Program-made: the position numbers and the translations under genes | Origin: Planctomycetota bacterium | GTDB lineage: Bacteria > Planctomycetota > SZUA-567 > H5-PLA8 | NCBI GenBank assembly: GCA_038227875.1 | Contig: JBBRPR010000079.1 | Location: 1-35,824 of the forward strand | Reading direction: 5' to 3' | DNA length: 35,824 bases | The notes under the pieces: model-generated | Databases searched by the model: none | Seen by the model: only the letters and a program-made list of their open reading frames with translations | What the model was told of the DNA's origin: nothing | In this document: positions 26,749 through 35,629 of the stretch, piece after piece | Numbering within the stretch: position 1 is the first letter of the stretch | Layout of the letters: each line of letters begins with the position of its first letter

Positions 26749-28017
26749 ATGGGCGAGTACCACCGCAAGGGATTCGGGCTGAAGGACACCGTCAAGCCGC
26801 TGCTGGAAGCTCAATACGCAAGCCGGGTTGTAGACCTGCTGCGGGTCAAGGGCCACCAGATCACGCGCGGCGGATTAACCATTCGCCTGGCCAAGGAATT
26901 TGGCTTCTGTTACGGCGTTGAACGCGCCGTGGACATCGCCTATCAGACCCGCCACCGCTACCCCGACAAGCGCATCTTCATCACCAACGAAATCATCCAC
27001 AACGCGTCGGTCAACGAACGCCTGCGCGACATGGGCTTCATCTTCCTCTCCGGCGGCTACAATAAGGGAGAGACGTACATGGACATCCGGGGGGATGACG
27101 TCGTCATCCTTCCCGCATTCGGCGCGCCGGTGAAGGAAATTGATATTCTCAAAGAGAAGAATTGCATCCTTGTCGATACGACCTGTGGTGCGGTGGTGAA
27201 TGTGTGGAAGAGCGTCGAAAAATACGCGCGCGACAAGTACACGAGCATCATTCACGGCAAGTACAACCACGAAGAAACAATCGCGACCTCCAGCCGCGCC
27301 GGCGCGCGCTACCTGATCGTCCGCGATCTGGATGAAGCCGATTACGTCTGCGATTACATCCTTGGCAAGGGCAGCCGTGAAGCATTCTTGGAGAAGTTCG
27401 CCAAGGCGGCGTCTCCGGGCTTCGATCCGGACAAGGATCTGCAGTTCCTGGGCCTGGCCAACCAGACGACGATGCTCTCGACGGAATCCATGGAGATCGC
27501 GGCGCGTCTGCGTGGCGCGTTCAACAAGAAGTACGGCGATGCCGAAACCCAGCAGCGCTTCCGCAGCTTCGATACGATCTGCAGCGCGACGCAGGACCGC
27601 CAGGATGCTGTTAATGACCTGATGAAAGCGCCGCCGGAATTGATGATCGTGATCGGCGGATACAATTCGTCGAACACCACGCATCTAGCCGAAATTTCCC
27701 TGCATAAGTGCCCGTCGTACCACATCGACGACGCAGCCTGCATGATTTCACGCAGCCAGATCCGGCATCTGCCGGTCGGCAAGCATCAGGAAGTGATCCA
27801 CGAAAACTGGATGCCGGACAAATCGCCCCTCACCATCGGCGTTACCGCCGGAGCCAGCACGCCGAACAACAAGATCGGCGACACGGTCGTGCGGCTGTTC
27901 GAGATGTTCGGCGAAGACATCGAAGACCTGATCGCCGAAGTCGAAGCGCTGGGACCGGAGCTGCCCAAGGACATTCAGGATGCGCTGAAGCGCGGGCATG
28001 AAGAGCACGAGCACTAA
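26749..28017 (+). CDS. ispH: 4-hydroxy-3-methylbut-2-enyl diphosphate reductase (HDR), long cyanobacterial/plant-like form
   Basis: GFCYGVERAV, EIIHN, DTTC, HEET, NQTT, TICSATQDRQ, GGYNSSNT, TAGASTP. Confidence 0.96.
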   Translation: MGEYHRKGFGLKDTVKPLLEAQYASRVVDLLRVKGHQITRGGLTIRLAKEFGFCYGVERAVDIAYQTRHRYPDKRIFITNEIIHNASVNERLRDMGFIFLSGGYNKGETYMDIRGDDVVILPAFGAPVKEIDILKEKNCILVDTTCGAVVNVWKSVEKYARDKYTSIIHGKYNHEETIATSSRAGARYLIVRDLDEADYVCDYILGKGSREAFLEKFAKAASPGFDPDKDLQFLGLANQTTMLSTESMEIAARLRGAFNKKYGDAETQQRFRSFDTICSATQDRQDAVNDLMKAPPELMIVIGGYNSSNTTHLAEISLHKCPSYHIDDAACMISRSQIRHLPVGKHQEVIHENWMPDKSPLTIGVTAGASTPNNKIGDTVVRLFEMFGEDIEDLIAEVEALGPELPKDIQDALKRGHEEHEH

Positions 28018-28023
28018 AACGGC

Positions 28024-28173
28024 AATTCAAAATTGAAGATTCAAAATTAAAAAACGCACGCGGGTTGGGATAGGCGTCCGGTTAGTTTGCGTGCTTTCGG
28101 GTGACGCGGACTCAGGACGGAAATCGATGATAGCCGCGTGCGTTTTTGAATTTTTACTTTTGAATTTTTAATT
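28024..28173. repeat. 150-bp element with 40-bp imperfect inverted arms built from four AATTCAA-like heptamers plus a GC clamp
   Basis: Left arm AATTCAA AATTGAA GATTCAA AATTAAA AAACGCACGCGG; right arm reverse complement AATTAAA AATTCAA AAGTAAA AATTCAA AAACGCACGCGG. Confidence 0.85.
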
Positions 28174-28240
28174 CATCGACGTACGGATCGGTGCGCGCAC
28201 GTCTACTATAGTGCACGCGATCCGAAGGAAGCCGCCCCCC

Positions 28241-29278
28241 ATGTCCGCTGACACTCTCGACCACTCCGTAACCGAAGCCTTGCGCGCACTGCGTGTGCAG
28301 CATGCGTCGGGCGTGAGTGTCGAAGCGTCACTTAATACGTGTGCGACGGTCTGTACGTCCAGCTACGGCAAAGAGGCGTTTCTCGAGGCGGCGCAGCGCG
28401 CCAAAAAAGGCGAGAGTATCGAGAGCCTGATGGACGCGATGTCGCAGGTGCTCTCGGAAACCGAGCGCGCGACGGTAATCGCCGGCTGGAACGGCGGGCG
28501 CGTCGAAGTGGTACTCGATTCGGTCGTCGCGCAGCGGGAGCTCTGGTATTCCGCGCGCCGCCGCATCCGCGCGCAGATGATCCTGCCGGTGCTGGTGCTC
28601 TTTATCGCGGCGTTCGTCGCGCCGCTGCCGGGATTCATTGCAGGACAAATCGGCTTCATCGGCTACATGCTCTCGGCGTTCACGCCGCTGGTGATCTGCT
28701 TCATCGGCTGGAGATTTTTGGCGAAGGTACTCTGGGGACGCGCGCCGGATGGCGCTTTCCGGGGACCCAACGCGCCGCCTGCGCCGCCGACGTCCGCCGA
28801 TGAATACAAGATGAAGATTCCCGTTCTCAACAGCGTGGAACGCAACCGCTGCCTGGCCGAATACGCCAGTTGTCTTGGCAACCTGATCGCCGCGGGCGTC
28901 ACCATCTCCCAGGCGCTGGACACCTGCGCGCGCGCGATGAGCAACGGGCTATACCGCCAGGCTGTGGCGCGCAGTTCAGAAGTCGTGCGCGGCGGCAATC
29001 TATTGACCACGAGCTTGTTTCCCACGGAACTCTGGCCGCAGGATTTCGTGGCCGCCGTACGCGTCGGCGAGCAGTCCGGAAAACTCGATGAAGTCCTGCT
29101 GCGCTACGCCGACCATGCGCGCGAAAATTACGAACGCGCGATCGAAGCCTTCGCGCAGTGGCTGCCGCGCATTGTTTACGGCATCATTTCCCTGTACGTG
29201 ATCTACCAGATTCTGTCGATGTTCTTCAACGTCTACCTTAACCCGATGAATGACGTCTTGAATTCCATGGGCAAGTAG
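28241..29278 (+). CDS. Type II secretion F / PilC family inner-membrane platform protein
   Basis: LIAAGVTISQALD, VRVGEQSGKLDEVL..YA; two cytoplasmic repeats separated by TM helices. Confidence 0.85.
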   Translation: MSADTLDHSVTEALRALRVQHASGVSVEASLNTCATVCTSSYGKEAFLEAAQRAKKGESIESLMDAMSQVLSETERATVIAGWNGGRVEVVLDSVVAQRELWYSARRRIRAQMILPVLVLFIAAFVAPLPGFIAGQIGFIGYMLSAFTPLVICFIGWRFLAKVLWGRAPDGAFRGPNAPPAPPTSADEYKMKIPVLNSVERNRCLAEYASCLGNLIAAGVTISQALDTCARAMSNGLYRQAVARSSEVVRGGNLLTTSLFPTELWPQDFVAAVRVGEQSGKLDEVLLRYADHARENYERAIEAFAQWLPRIVYGIISLYVIYQILSMFFNVYLNPMNDVLNSMGK

Positions 29279-29295
29279 TCCGCCGGCAGCAGCGA

Positions 29296-30411
29296 CTACA
29301 AATGCGCAAGAACTTTGCGCTGAACTGACGCAAGGCCCACGGCTTTACCGCTCAGGATTTCGGCGGGCTTCAGCCAGCAGAACTCGGTGTACTGGCCTGA
29401 CCAGCAGGGAAACTGCGCGGCGTCGCGCCAGCGCGGGTCGTGCGCTTCCTTCTTTATGCGATGAATGCGGATGTTCAGACGGCGGTGGCTGAGCACATGA
29501 GTCACCTTGCCGAGCAGGGGAAGTTTGTTGCTCTTCTCCGTGGTTGAAATGCGTTCGGTGGGTACTTCCCAGAGTCCGCCGAAGAGGCCGCTGGCTTCGC
29601 GTTGCGCGAGGAGAATGCGGCCGGTGGCATCCTCAACAATCCACGCGCGGAGTTTCCACGATGGCACATCGGACTTCTCGGGACTCTCCGGGTAGTCGGC
29701 TTGCACGCCGTTCTTCTTGGCGAGACAGAACTCGGCGAGTGGGCAGTGCGAGCAGTCCGGCGATTTGGGCGTGCAGACTGTCGCACCGAGTTCCATCAGC
29801 GCCTGATTGAGGTCGCCGGGCGAGCCAGTCTTCCGAGCGTGAGAGGTAGTGACGAGTTCGCGGGCCAGTGCCCAGAGCTGGTCTTTCATCGCGCCTTTGC
29901 GCCAGTCTCCTTTGATCAGCAGCAACCGCGAGAGCACGCGCGCGACGTTGCCATCGACGAGCGGTTCGGGAAGCGAGAAGGCGATGCTCAAAATCGCGCC
30001 GGCGGTGTACGCGCCGATGCCTGGGATTTCGCGGATCAGTTCGGGCGACGCGGGGATCTTTCCTCCAAAGCGTTCGACCACCAGCGCCGCGCCGCGATGC
30101 AGGTTGCGCGCGCGGCTGTAGTAACCAAGTCCGGCCCAGAATTTCAAAACATCATCCAGCGGCGCTGAGGCCAGCGCGTTGACGGTCGGAAAACGTTCGA
30201 CGAAGCGGTTGAAGTACGGGATGACGGTGGCGACCTGCGTCTGCTGCAGCATGATTTCGCTCAGCCAGATGCGGTACGGATCACGCGTCTCTCGCCAGGG
30301 CATCGCGCGCTGATTCTTCGCAAACCATCCACACAAGACGGCCGCAACTTCTCCTCCCTTTGAAAGGGGAGGGTAGCGGTGGTCGACCTTTGACGGACAC
30401 GCCCGCGGCAT
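29296..30411 (-). CDS. mutY: A/G-specific adenine DNA glycosylase
   Basis: PWRETRDPYRIWLSEIMLQQTQV, WAGLGYYSRARNL, PGIGAYTA, VDGNVARV, FCL motif CTPKSPDCSHCPLAEFC. Confidence 0.96.
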   Translation of the reverse strand: MPRACPSKVDHRYPPLSKGGEVAAVLCGWFAKNQRAMPWRETRDPYRIWLSEIMLQQTQVATVIPYFNRFVERFPTVNALASAPLDDVLKFWAGLGYYSRARNLHRGAALVVERFGGKIPASPELIREIPGIGAYTAGAILSIAFSLPEPLVDGNVARVLSRLLLIKGDWRKGAMKDQLWALARELVTTSHARKTGSPGDLNQALMELGATVCTPKSPDCSHCPLAEFCLAKKNGVQADYPESPEKSDVPSWKLRAWIVEDATGRILLAQREASGLFGGLWEVPTERISTTEKSNKLPLLGKVTHVLSHRRLNIRIHRIKKEAHDPRWRDAAQFPCWSGQYTEFCWLKPAEILSGKAVGLASVQRKVLAHL

Positions 30412-30413
30412 TG

Positions 30414-31565
30414 TCAGCGGTACTTCGGTCCCGCGGCGTTGGCTGCTTCAGCCACGAACGCGACGTCACTCTCGGTCATCGTCGGATACATCGGCAGGGT
30501 GACGATGTTCGCGGCGACCTTGTCGGTCACGGGCAGGTTGAGTTTGCCGAAGCCGAGCGTCTCCGCGTAGTACGGCTGCGTGTGCACGGGCGGATCGAAA
30601 TGGACCGTCGCGCCAATGCCCTGGCCGCGCAAGTCGGCGAGGAACTTCGTGCGGTCGATGCCTTTCAATTTCAGCGTGTACATCTGGTACGTATGGATTC
30701 GGCCGGGCGCTTCGACGGGGAGTTCGAACAGATCCTTCTTCAGCAGCGCGTTGTACTGCACGGCGTGTTTGCGGCGCGCGGTGTTCATGCGGTTGAGCTT
30801 CTTCATCTGCACCACGCCCAGTGCGGCCAGAACGTTGCTCATGCGGAAGTTGAAGCCCGGATACGTCGCGGCGCGCAGCCACGGCTTTTCTTTCTTTTCG
30901 CGCGCCCACGTCGAGGAGGCCACGCCGTGTCCGGCAATCGCACGGGCCTTGTCGGCCAGCGCGCCGTCGGTGGTCGTCAGCATGCCGCCTTCGCCGGTGG
31001 CGATGTTCTTCGTCGGGTAGAACGACCAGCAACCGATGCCCCAACTGCCCGTCTGCTTGCCGTCAACGGTGGCGCCGATCGCTTCGGCGGAATCTTCGAT
31101 GATCTTGAGCTTGTGTTTGGCGGCGAGGGCGGCGATGGCATTCATGTCCGCGGCCTGGCCGGCGTAATGGACGGGCATGATCGCTTCGGTGTCGCGGGTG
31201 ATCAGCGACTCGGCGTGCTTCACGTCGATGCAACACGTGTCGTAGTCGATGTCCGCAAAGACGCACTTGGCGTCGCCGGTAACAATGGCGTTGGCGCTGG
31301 CGACGAAGGTGAAGCTCGGCAGGATAACGCTGCCCTTGATCCCGCTGGCGTGGATGGCCAGGAAGAGCGCCGACGCGCAAGAATTGAGACTTACGGCGTG
31401 CGGCACGCCGATGTATTCACAGAACGCTTTTTCGAATTCGTGGTTGTTGGGACCGTGGGCCAGCCAGCCAGACTTCAGGACCTCGGCGATGGCGCGAACT
31501 TCTTCGTCGTCCATGTCCGGGATGCACAGCGGTACGGAGCGTTTGGTATTGGGAGCAGCGTTCAC
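30414..31565 (-). CDS. DegT/DnrJ/EryC1/StrS PLP-dependent NDP-sugar aminotransferase (ArnB-like)
   Basis: SGWLAHGP, PSFTFVASAN, PVHYAG, IEDSAEA, SFYPTKNIATGEGGM; GTG start with AGGAG RBS. Confidence 0.93.
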   Translation of the reverse strand: MNAAPNTKRSVPLCIPDMDDEEVRAIAEVLKSGWLAHGPNNHEFEKAFCEYIGVPHAVSLNSCASALFLAIHASGIKGSVILPSFTFVASANAIVTGDAKCVFADIDYDTCCIDVKHAESLITRDTEAIMPVHYAGQAADMNAIAALAAKHKLKIIEDSAEAIGATVDGKQTGSWGIGCWSFYPTKNIATGEGGMLTTTDGALADKARAIAGHGVASSTWAREKKEKPWLRAATYPGFNFRMSNVLAALGVVQMKKLNRMNTARRKHAVQYNALLKKDLFELPVEAPGRIHTYQMYTLKLKGIDRTKFLADLRGQGIGATVHFDPPVHTQPYYAETLGFGKLNLPVTDKVAANIVTLPMYPTMTESDVAFVAEAANAAGPKYR

Positions 31566-31586
31566 GTTTGGTTCACTCCTTGTCGG

Positions 31587-32012
31587 TTACTTTTTCTGCT
31601 TCGCCACCGCGTCGTCGAGATATTCGATCATCTCCTTTACGTTGCCCGCGGTGAGCAGGTCGCGGATCTGGCGCGGAACATCAAATCCCTTTTCGTGGAA
31701 AATCAGAAAGTAATAGCAGGCCTGCTTAACGGCGGGAACTTCCTTGTGAGCAATCGACTTGGTCGCGCCCGCGGCCCAATCGAGCATGATGTTGCGCATC
31801 GCGATGTCTTCGGAGAGATCGGAGTTGTCGGAGATTTTCTGATTCACGCGGCTGCGCAACTTGCTGGCCATGCTGTCAACTTCGCTCTTCGAAACACACG
31901 TATTGAGATACGCTTCGGCCGAATCGTGGAGCTGCTGCCACGGTACATCGTACGCATGAGCCGAGACACACAGCGCCGCGGCGGCGGTGACCAGGAACGG
32001 CAGCTTTCGCAT
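31587..32012 (-). CDS. Small secreted helical hypothetical protein
   Basis: GAGGA RBS, signal peptide ending AHA, host-like codon usage, tight operon spacing. Confidence 0.75.
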   Translation of the reverse strand: MRKLPFLVTAAAALCVSAHAYDVPWQQLHDSAEAYLNTCVSKSEVDSMASKLRSRVNQKISDNSDLSEDIAMRNIMLDWAAGATKSIAHKEVPAVKQACYYFLIFHEKGFDVPRQIRDLLTAGNVKEMIEYLDDAVAKQKK

Positions 32013-32025
32013 GATCGATCCTCGT

Positions 32026-33012
32026 TTATGAAACGGCCTTCGGGCCGCGGGTCTTCAGCAGCGAGATGTATTCCTTGATCCCCTGTTCGATGTCGATCTT
32101 GGGATCGTAGCCCAGCAGCCTGCGCGCTTTCTCGATCGAGAGTGTGCCGCGGTCGGGGCGCGACGTGTCCGGCGGTTTTTCAACGAGCTTCGCCTCGGGG
32201 TAATACTTCTTCACTTCGTTGGCGAACTCCAGCACCGTCCGCGCATTGCCGCGCGTGATGTTGAACGTCTGGTTGGCGCCTTCCTTAACCATCAGCGCGC
32301 GCGCGTAGCCGTCGGCGACGTCGGTGACATAAGAGAAGTCGATCTTCGAGCGGCCGCCGTCGTGCAGGATCAGCGGCTTGCCGTTGATCGCGTTCTCAAT
32401 CAGCTGTTGCGTGACACGCCGATTGCAGTCGCCGAAGCCGTAGACGGCCGACGGACGAATGACGACGTGTTCAAAACCGTGCTGGCGCGAATAGGCGCGC
32501 GTCAGGATTTCGCCAGTGAGTTTCGTGCCGCCGTAAACGTCGATGGGATCGGTCGGATGCTCTTCATCGGCGATGGGCTTCTTGAAATTGCCATACACGA
32601 AACTGGAGCTCGTGAAAATGAAGCGCTTGACCGTACCGCAGGCCTTGACGCCTTCGAGCACCGACAACGTTCCGTCGACATTGATCTGCGTCGCTTCGGT
32701 CGGGTACATCGTCGACTCTTTGGCGCCGGGCAGCGCGGCCAGATGCACGACCCCGTCGGGCTTCCACTCGTTCATCAACTGCTGCATCTTCTTCTGCACG
32801 CGGATGTCGCCGCGCTCGATCTTCACCTTGTCCACCATGCCCTTCATGCGTTCGATCAGGAAGTGCTGGTAGTTGCTGGTAAACGGATCGATGTAATTGA
32901 TGTAGGCATCGAACAGCAGAATTTCGCAGCCCTGCTTCAGCAATTCGCGCGTCAGGTACGAACCGACGAAACCCGTTCCGCCAGTAATGAGAACTTTCTT
33001 GATGTCGCCCAC
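32026..33012 (-). CDS. NAD-dependent NDP-sugar epimerase/dehydratase (extended SDR)
   Basis: ITGGTGFVG, HLAA, TSSSFVYG, YGGTK (YxxxK), IRPSAVYG. Confidence 0.93.
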   Translation of the reverse strand: MGDIKKVLITGGTGFVGSYLTRELLKQGCEILLFDAYINYIDPFTSNYQHFLIERMKGMVDKVKIERGDIRVQKKMQQLMNEWKPDGVVHLAALPGAKESTMYPTEATQINVDGTLSVLEGVKACGTVKRFIFTSSSFVYGNFKKPIADEEHPTDPIDVYGGTKLTGEILTRAYSRQHGFEHVVIRPSAVYGFGDCNRRVTQQLIENAINGKPLILHDGGRSKIDFSYVTDVADGYARALMVKEGANQTFNITRGNARTVLEFANEVKKYYPEAKLVEKPPDTSRPDRGTLSIEKARRLLGYDPKIDIEQGIKEYISLLKTRGPKAVS

Positions 33013-33013
33013 G

Positions 33014-34858
33014 TTACTCGTCTCCCTGATCGTCTTCAGCCTGCTTCTGATGGTGTCCGCTCTTCGCTGGCAGCGGTTTGAAAATCTCCGGGTCCGGCGG
33101 ATGCGCCGGATCGGGTTCCACTAAAATGAAGGACATGTCGCCGCGTGGAATGGCCGGACCCAACACGCGAATTGCATCACGAAACCGCGGGTCCATTTTG
33201 TGCTTCGCATCGTTTTCTGGCGTGAGCAGCACCGCATCGGGATGCTCAAACCACGCTTTCAAATCCGGACGGCGAAGCTGCTTGATCTGCTGTGTGGGAC
33301 GGTTGAGATACCACACGGCTTCATTCTGCGATTCTTCAAAAGTGACCAGCGGGCGGTCCTTGATCCGCTCCTGCAGCGCGGCGAAAAACTGAATCCGGTC
33401 CGCCTCTCGCTCGCGGTTGGGCACCACGACAGTTTCATACCCGATGACCAATGCCGCTGCCATTGCCAATATCTGGACCATAAAATTGAAGCGGCGTCCA
33501 ACTTTCAAGTTCAGCGCGGCCGCCAATCCGAACACCGCGAGTATGACCAGCAGCACCGTCGCCATGTGAATTTCTGATGGCATCGGTTTGAAAAGCGTGT
33601 CTGGAAATTTCTTCGTCAGCAGCGCCAGCAGTTGATCGGAGAACCCGCCGACGGCGATCGCCAGTCCGCCAAACAGTACCACCAGGATCGCGCCGAGCGT
33701 GTAGGCGCAGCGCGTGCAGAACGACTGACCTTCCTTTTTCAGGAACGTCGTCTCAACCAGCCACCCGGCCCACAACGCGAGAAATGGATAAATGGGGAGC
33801 AGATACAGCGGCCGCTTGCTGACCGAGATGCCCATGATGAAAAACGGGATCGCCAGGCAGCAGATCTGCAGCTTCGACGCGTCGGAGAGATCGTAGAGCG
33901 CTTGCTTGATAGACTTCTTAGGCGCGGACGCATCACCGGAGGGAATTACACCGATGAAGCGCAGCGACCAGTACAGCGCCACCGGCAGCAGCACAATCCA
34001 CGGCGCGAAGTTTTCACCGAGCGTTTTCAGATAGAAAACGAACGGCGTCGGGTTCTGCGTGTGATCCTTGGCGCCGAGGAAGCGCTTGATGTTCTCCGTC
34101 AGAATAAATGAGCCGGCATCGAGTCCCCGTCGCTGGATGGCGACCGACCACCACATGCCGATGAGCAGCGAAATCGGCGCGCCCCAGTAGATTCCGGCGC
34201 GCAACAGCAGCTTGAAATTGCTCGTCAGCCAGAGATACGCCAGCAGCGGCATGACCACAAAAATGGCGACGAGAAACGGTCCCTTGGTCAGGCAGGCGAA
34301 TCCCAGGCAGAGATAAAATCCCAGCAGCGCGGGAAACGCAGACTGGCTGCGTTCGATCCGCTTGGAGGCGATGTGAAAGAAGAGCCACGCCCAGAGCAGC
34401 CAGGCCGTAAGCGTCATGTCGCAGACCAGTTCGCGCGAGAGCTTGTGGAATTCGAACGTCGTCAGCAGGATCGCCGCGGAGATGAAACCGAAACGCTCAC
34501 CGCGCAACCGCGTGCCCAGCAGAAACGTGCCGAGAATCACCAGCAGTCCCATCAGCGCCGGGCCGAAGCGGAAAGCCGTGCCTAACGGCGCACCGAGCGC
34601 GCTTCCCACTGCGCCGACTCCCGCGAGGAGCCAGTAGAAGAAGACCGGTTTGACCAGGCGCGGCGCGGCATTGAATTTCGGCACGACCCAGTCGCCGGAG
34701 TCGAGCATCACGCGCGCGGCGTCGGCGTAGCGCGGTTCGTCGGGCGAGGCGATGGTTTGCAGCTGGATGTTCCAGAGCGTCAGAATGAGGTACGCGACAA
34801 CCAGCACGCCGGCGAATAGCCAGACGCGCGAACCGCGGCCGTCGTTGTCGACGCTCAC
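33014..34858 (-). CDS. ArnT/PMT-family (GT-C) lipid-phosphate-sugar transferase
   Basis: SPDEPRYADAARVMLDSGDWVVP, KPVFFYW, LTKGP, SKRPLYLLPIYP, many TM helices; GTG 34858 overlaps the upstream TGA (GTGA). Confidence 0.9.
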   Translation of the reverse strand: MSVDNDGRGSRVWLFAGVLVVAYLILTLWNIQLQTIASPDEPRYADAARVMLDSGDWVVPKFNAAPRLVKPVFFYWLLAGVGAVGSALGAPLGTAFRFGPALMGLLVILGTFLLGTRLRGERFGFISAAILLTTFEFHKLSRELVCDMTLTAWLLWAWLFFHIASKRIERSQSAFPALLGFYLCLGFACLTKGPFLVAIFVVMPLLAYLWLTSNFKLLLRAGIYWGAPISLLIGMWWSVAIQRRGLDAGSFILTENIKRFLGAKDHTQNPTPFVFYLKTLGENFAPWIVLLPVALYWSLRFIGVIPSGDASAPKKSIKQALYDLSDASKLQICCLAIPFFIMGISVSKRPLYLLPIYPFLALWAGWLVETTFLKKEGQSFCTRCAYTLGAILVVLFGGLAIAVGGFSDQLLALLTKKFPDTLFKPMPSEIHMATVLLVILAVFGLAAALNLKVGRRFNFMVQILAMAAALVIGYETVVVPNREREADRIQFFAALQERIKDRPLVTFEESQNEAVWYLNRPTQQIKQLRRPDLKAWFEHPDAVLLTPENDAKHKMDPRFRDAIRVLGPAIPRGDMSFILVEPDPAHPPDPEIFKPLPAKSGHHQKQAEDDQGDE

Positions 34859-35625
34859 GAGATGGACGACCCCGCGGGAATGGCGGCGGTCATGGTGCTT
34901 TTGGGAAAGTCGTAGATGCCTTTGCGCATGCGCCGCTTGCAGCGCAGCAGCTCGGGAAATCCGGTGATCGCTTTGCGAATGGCGCTGTACTTCGACGAGC
35001 CATGCTTGCGCGCTTCGTGGCGCGTCGGCGCTTCGCCGATGCGCTTGGGGTCCATGCCGCGCAGCACGCAGATGGGAATGACGTAGCGGTGGTCGTTCTC
35101 GAAGAGCGTCAGGTCGCGTACAAAGCTGGATTTCAGTGCCGTGAAGTTGCTGGCCGCGTCGCTGACCGGGCAAGTCATCAGCATCTGGATCAGCACGTTC
35201 CCGAGCTTGGAAATGGCAATCAGCGAGCCAGCGTGCTGGCGCTTGGTGCGGATGGCGTTGACCAGATCGAGCCGGCCTTCTTCGATGGGCTTGAGCAGCA
35301 GTGGAATATCTTCGGGCTGATTCTGCAGGTCGGCGTCCATGGTGACGATGACATCGCCGCTGGCGTTGCGGAATCCGGTTTCAAAGCCGCCGGTCTGGCC
35401 GGAGCGCTTCGGGTTTCGGACCGGGCGCAGATGCGGGTGCTTGGCGACAAGTTGCTGGAGCAATTCCAGGCTGCCGTCCGTGGAATGGTCGTCGCAAGCG
35501 AGGTGTTCCCAGTCGCGGCCGGCTTCGAGGGCGCGCCAGGCTTCCATCGTTTTTTCGATGCGCTCGACGAGTTCGGGAATGTTCCGGGATTCGTTGTGGA
35601 TGGGTGTGACGACGGAAACTTTCAT
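34855..35625 (-). CDS. GT2 family polyprenol-phosphate glycosyltransferase (ArnC/DPM1-like)
   Basis: VSVVTPIHNE, DDHSTDGS, GQTGG, TMDADLQNQPEDIP, HEARKHGSSKY. Confidence 0.92.
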   Translation of the reverse strand: MKVSVVTPIHNESRNIPELVERIEKTMEAWRALEAGRDWEHLACDDHSTDGSLELLQQLVAKHPHLRPVRNPKRSGQTGGFETGFRNASGDVIVTMDADLQNQPEDIPLLLKPIEEGRLDLVNAIRTKRQHAGSLIAISKLGNVLIQMLMTCPVSDAASNFTALKSSFVRDLTLFENDHRYVIPICVLRGMDPKRIGEAPTRHEARKHGSSKYSAIRKAITGFPELLRCKRRMRKGIYDFPKSTMTAAIPAGSSIS

Positions 35626-35629
35626 GCAA

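Noticed and set aside
30360..32078. 572-aa plus-strand ORF
   Set aside because: Antisense to the aminotransferase and the neighbouring secreted-protein gene; Arg-rich shadow frame
34859..35173. 105-aa N-terminal extension of the ArnT-like ORF in the ORF track
   Set aside because: Overlaps the GT2 gene in another frame; a GTGA-coupled start at 34858 is more plausible
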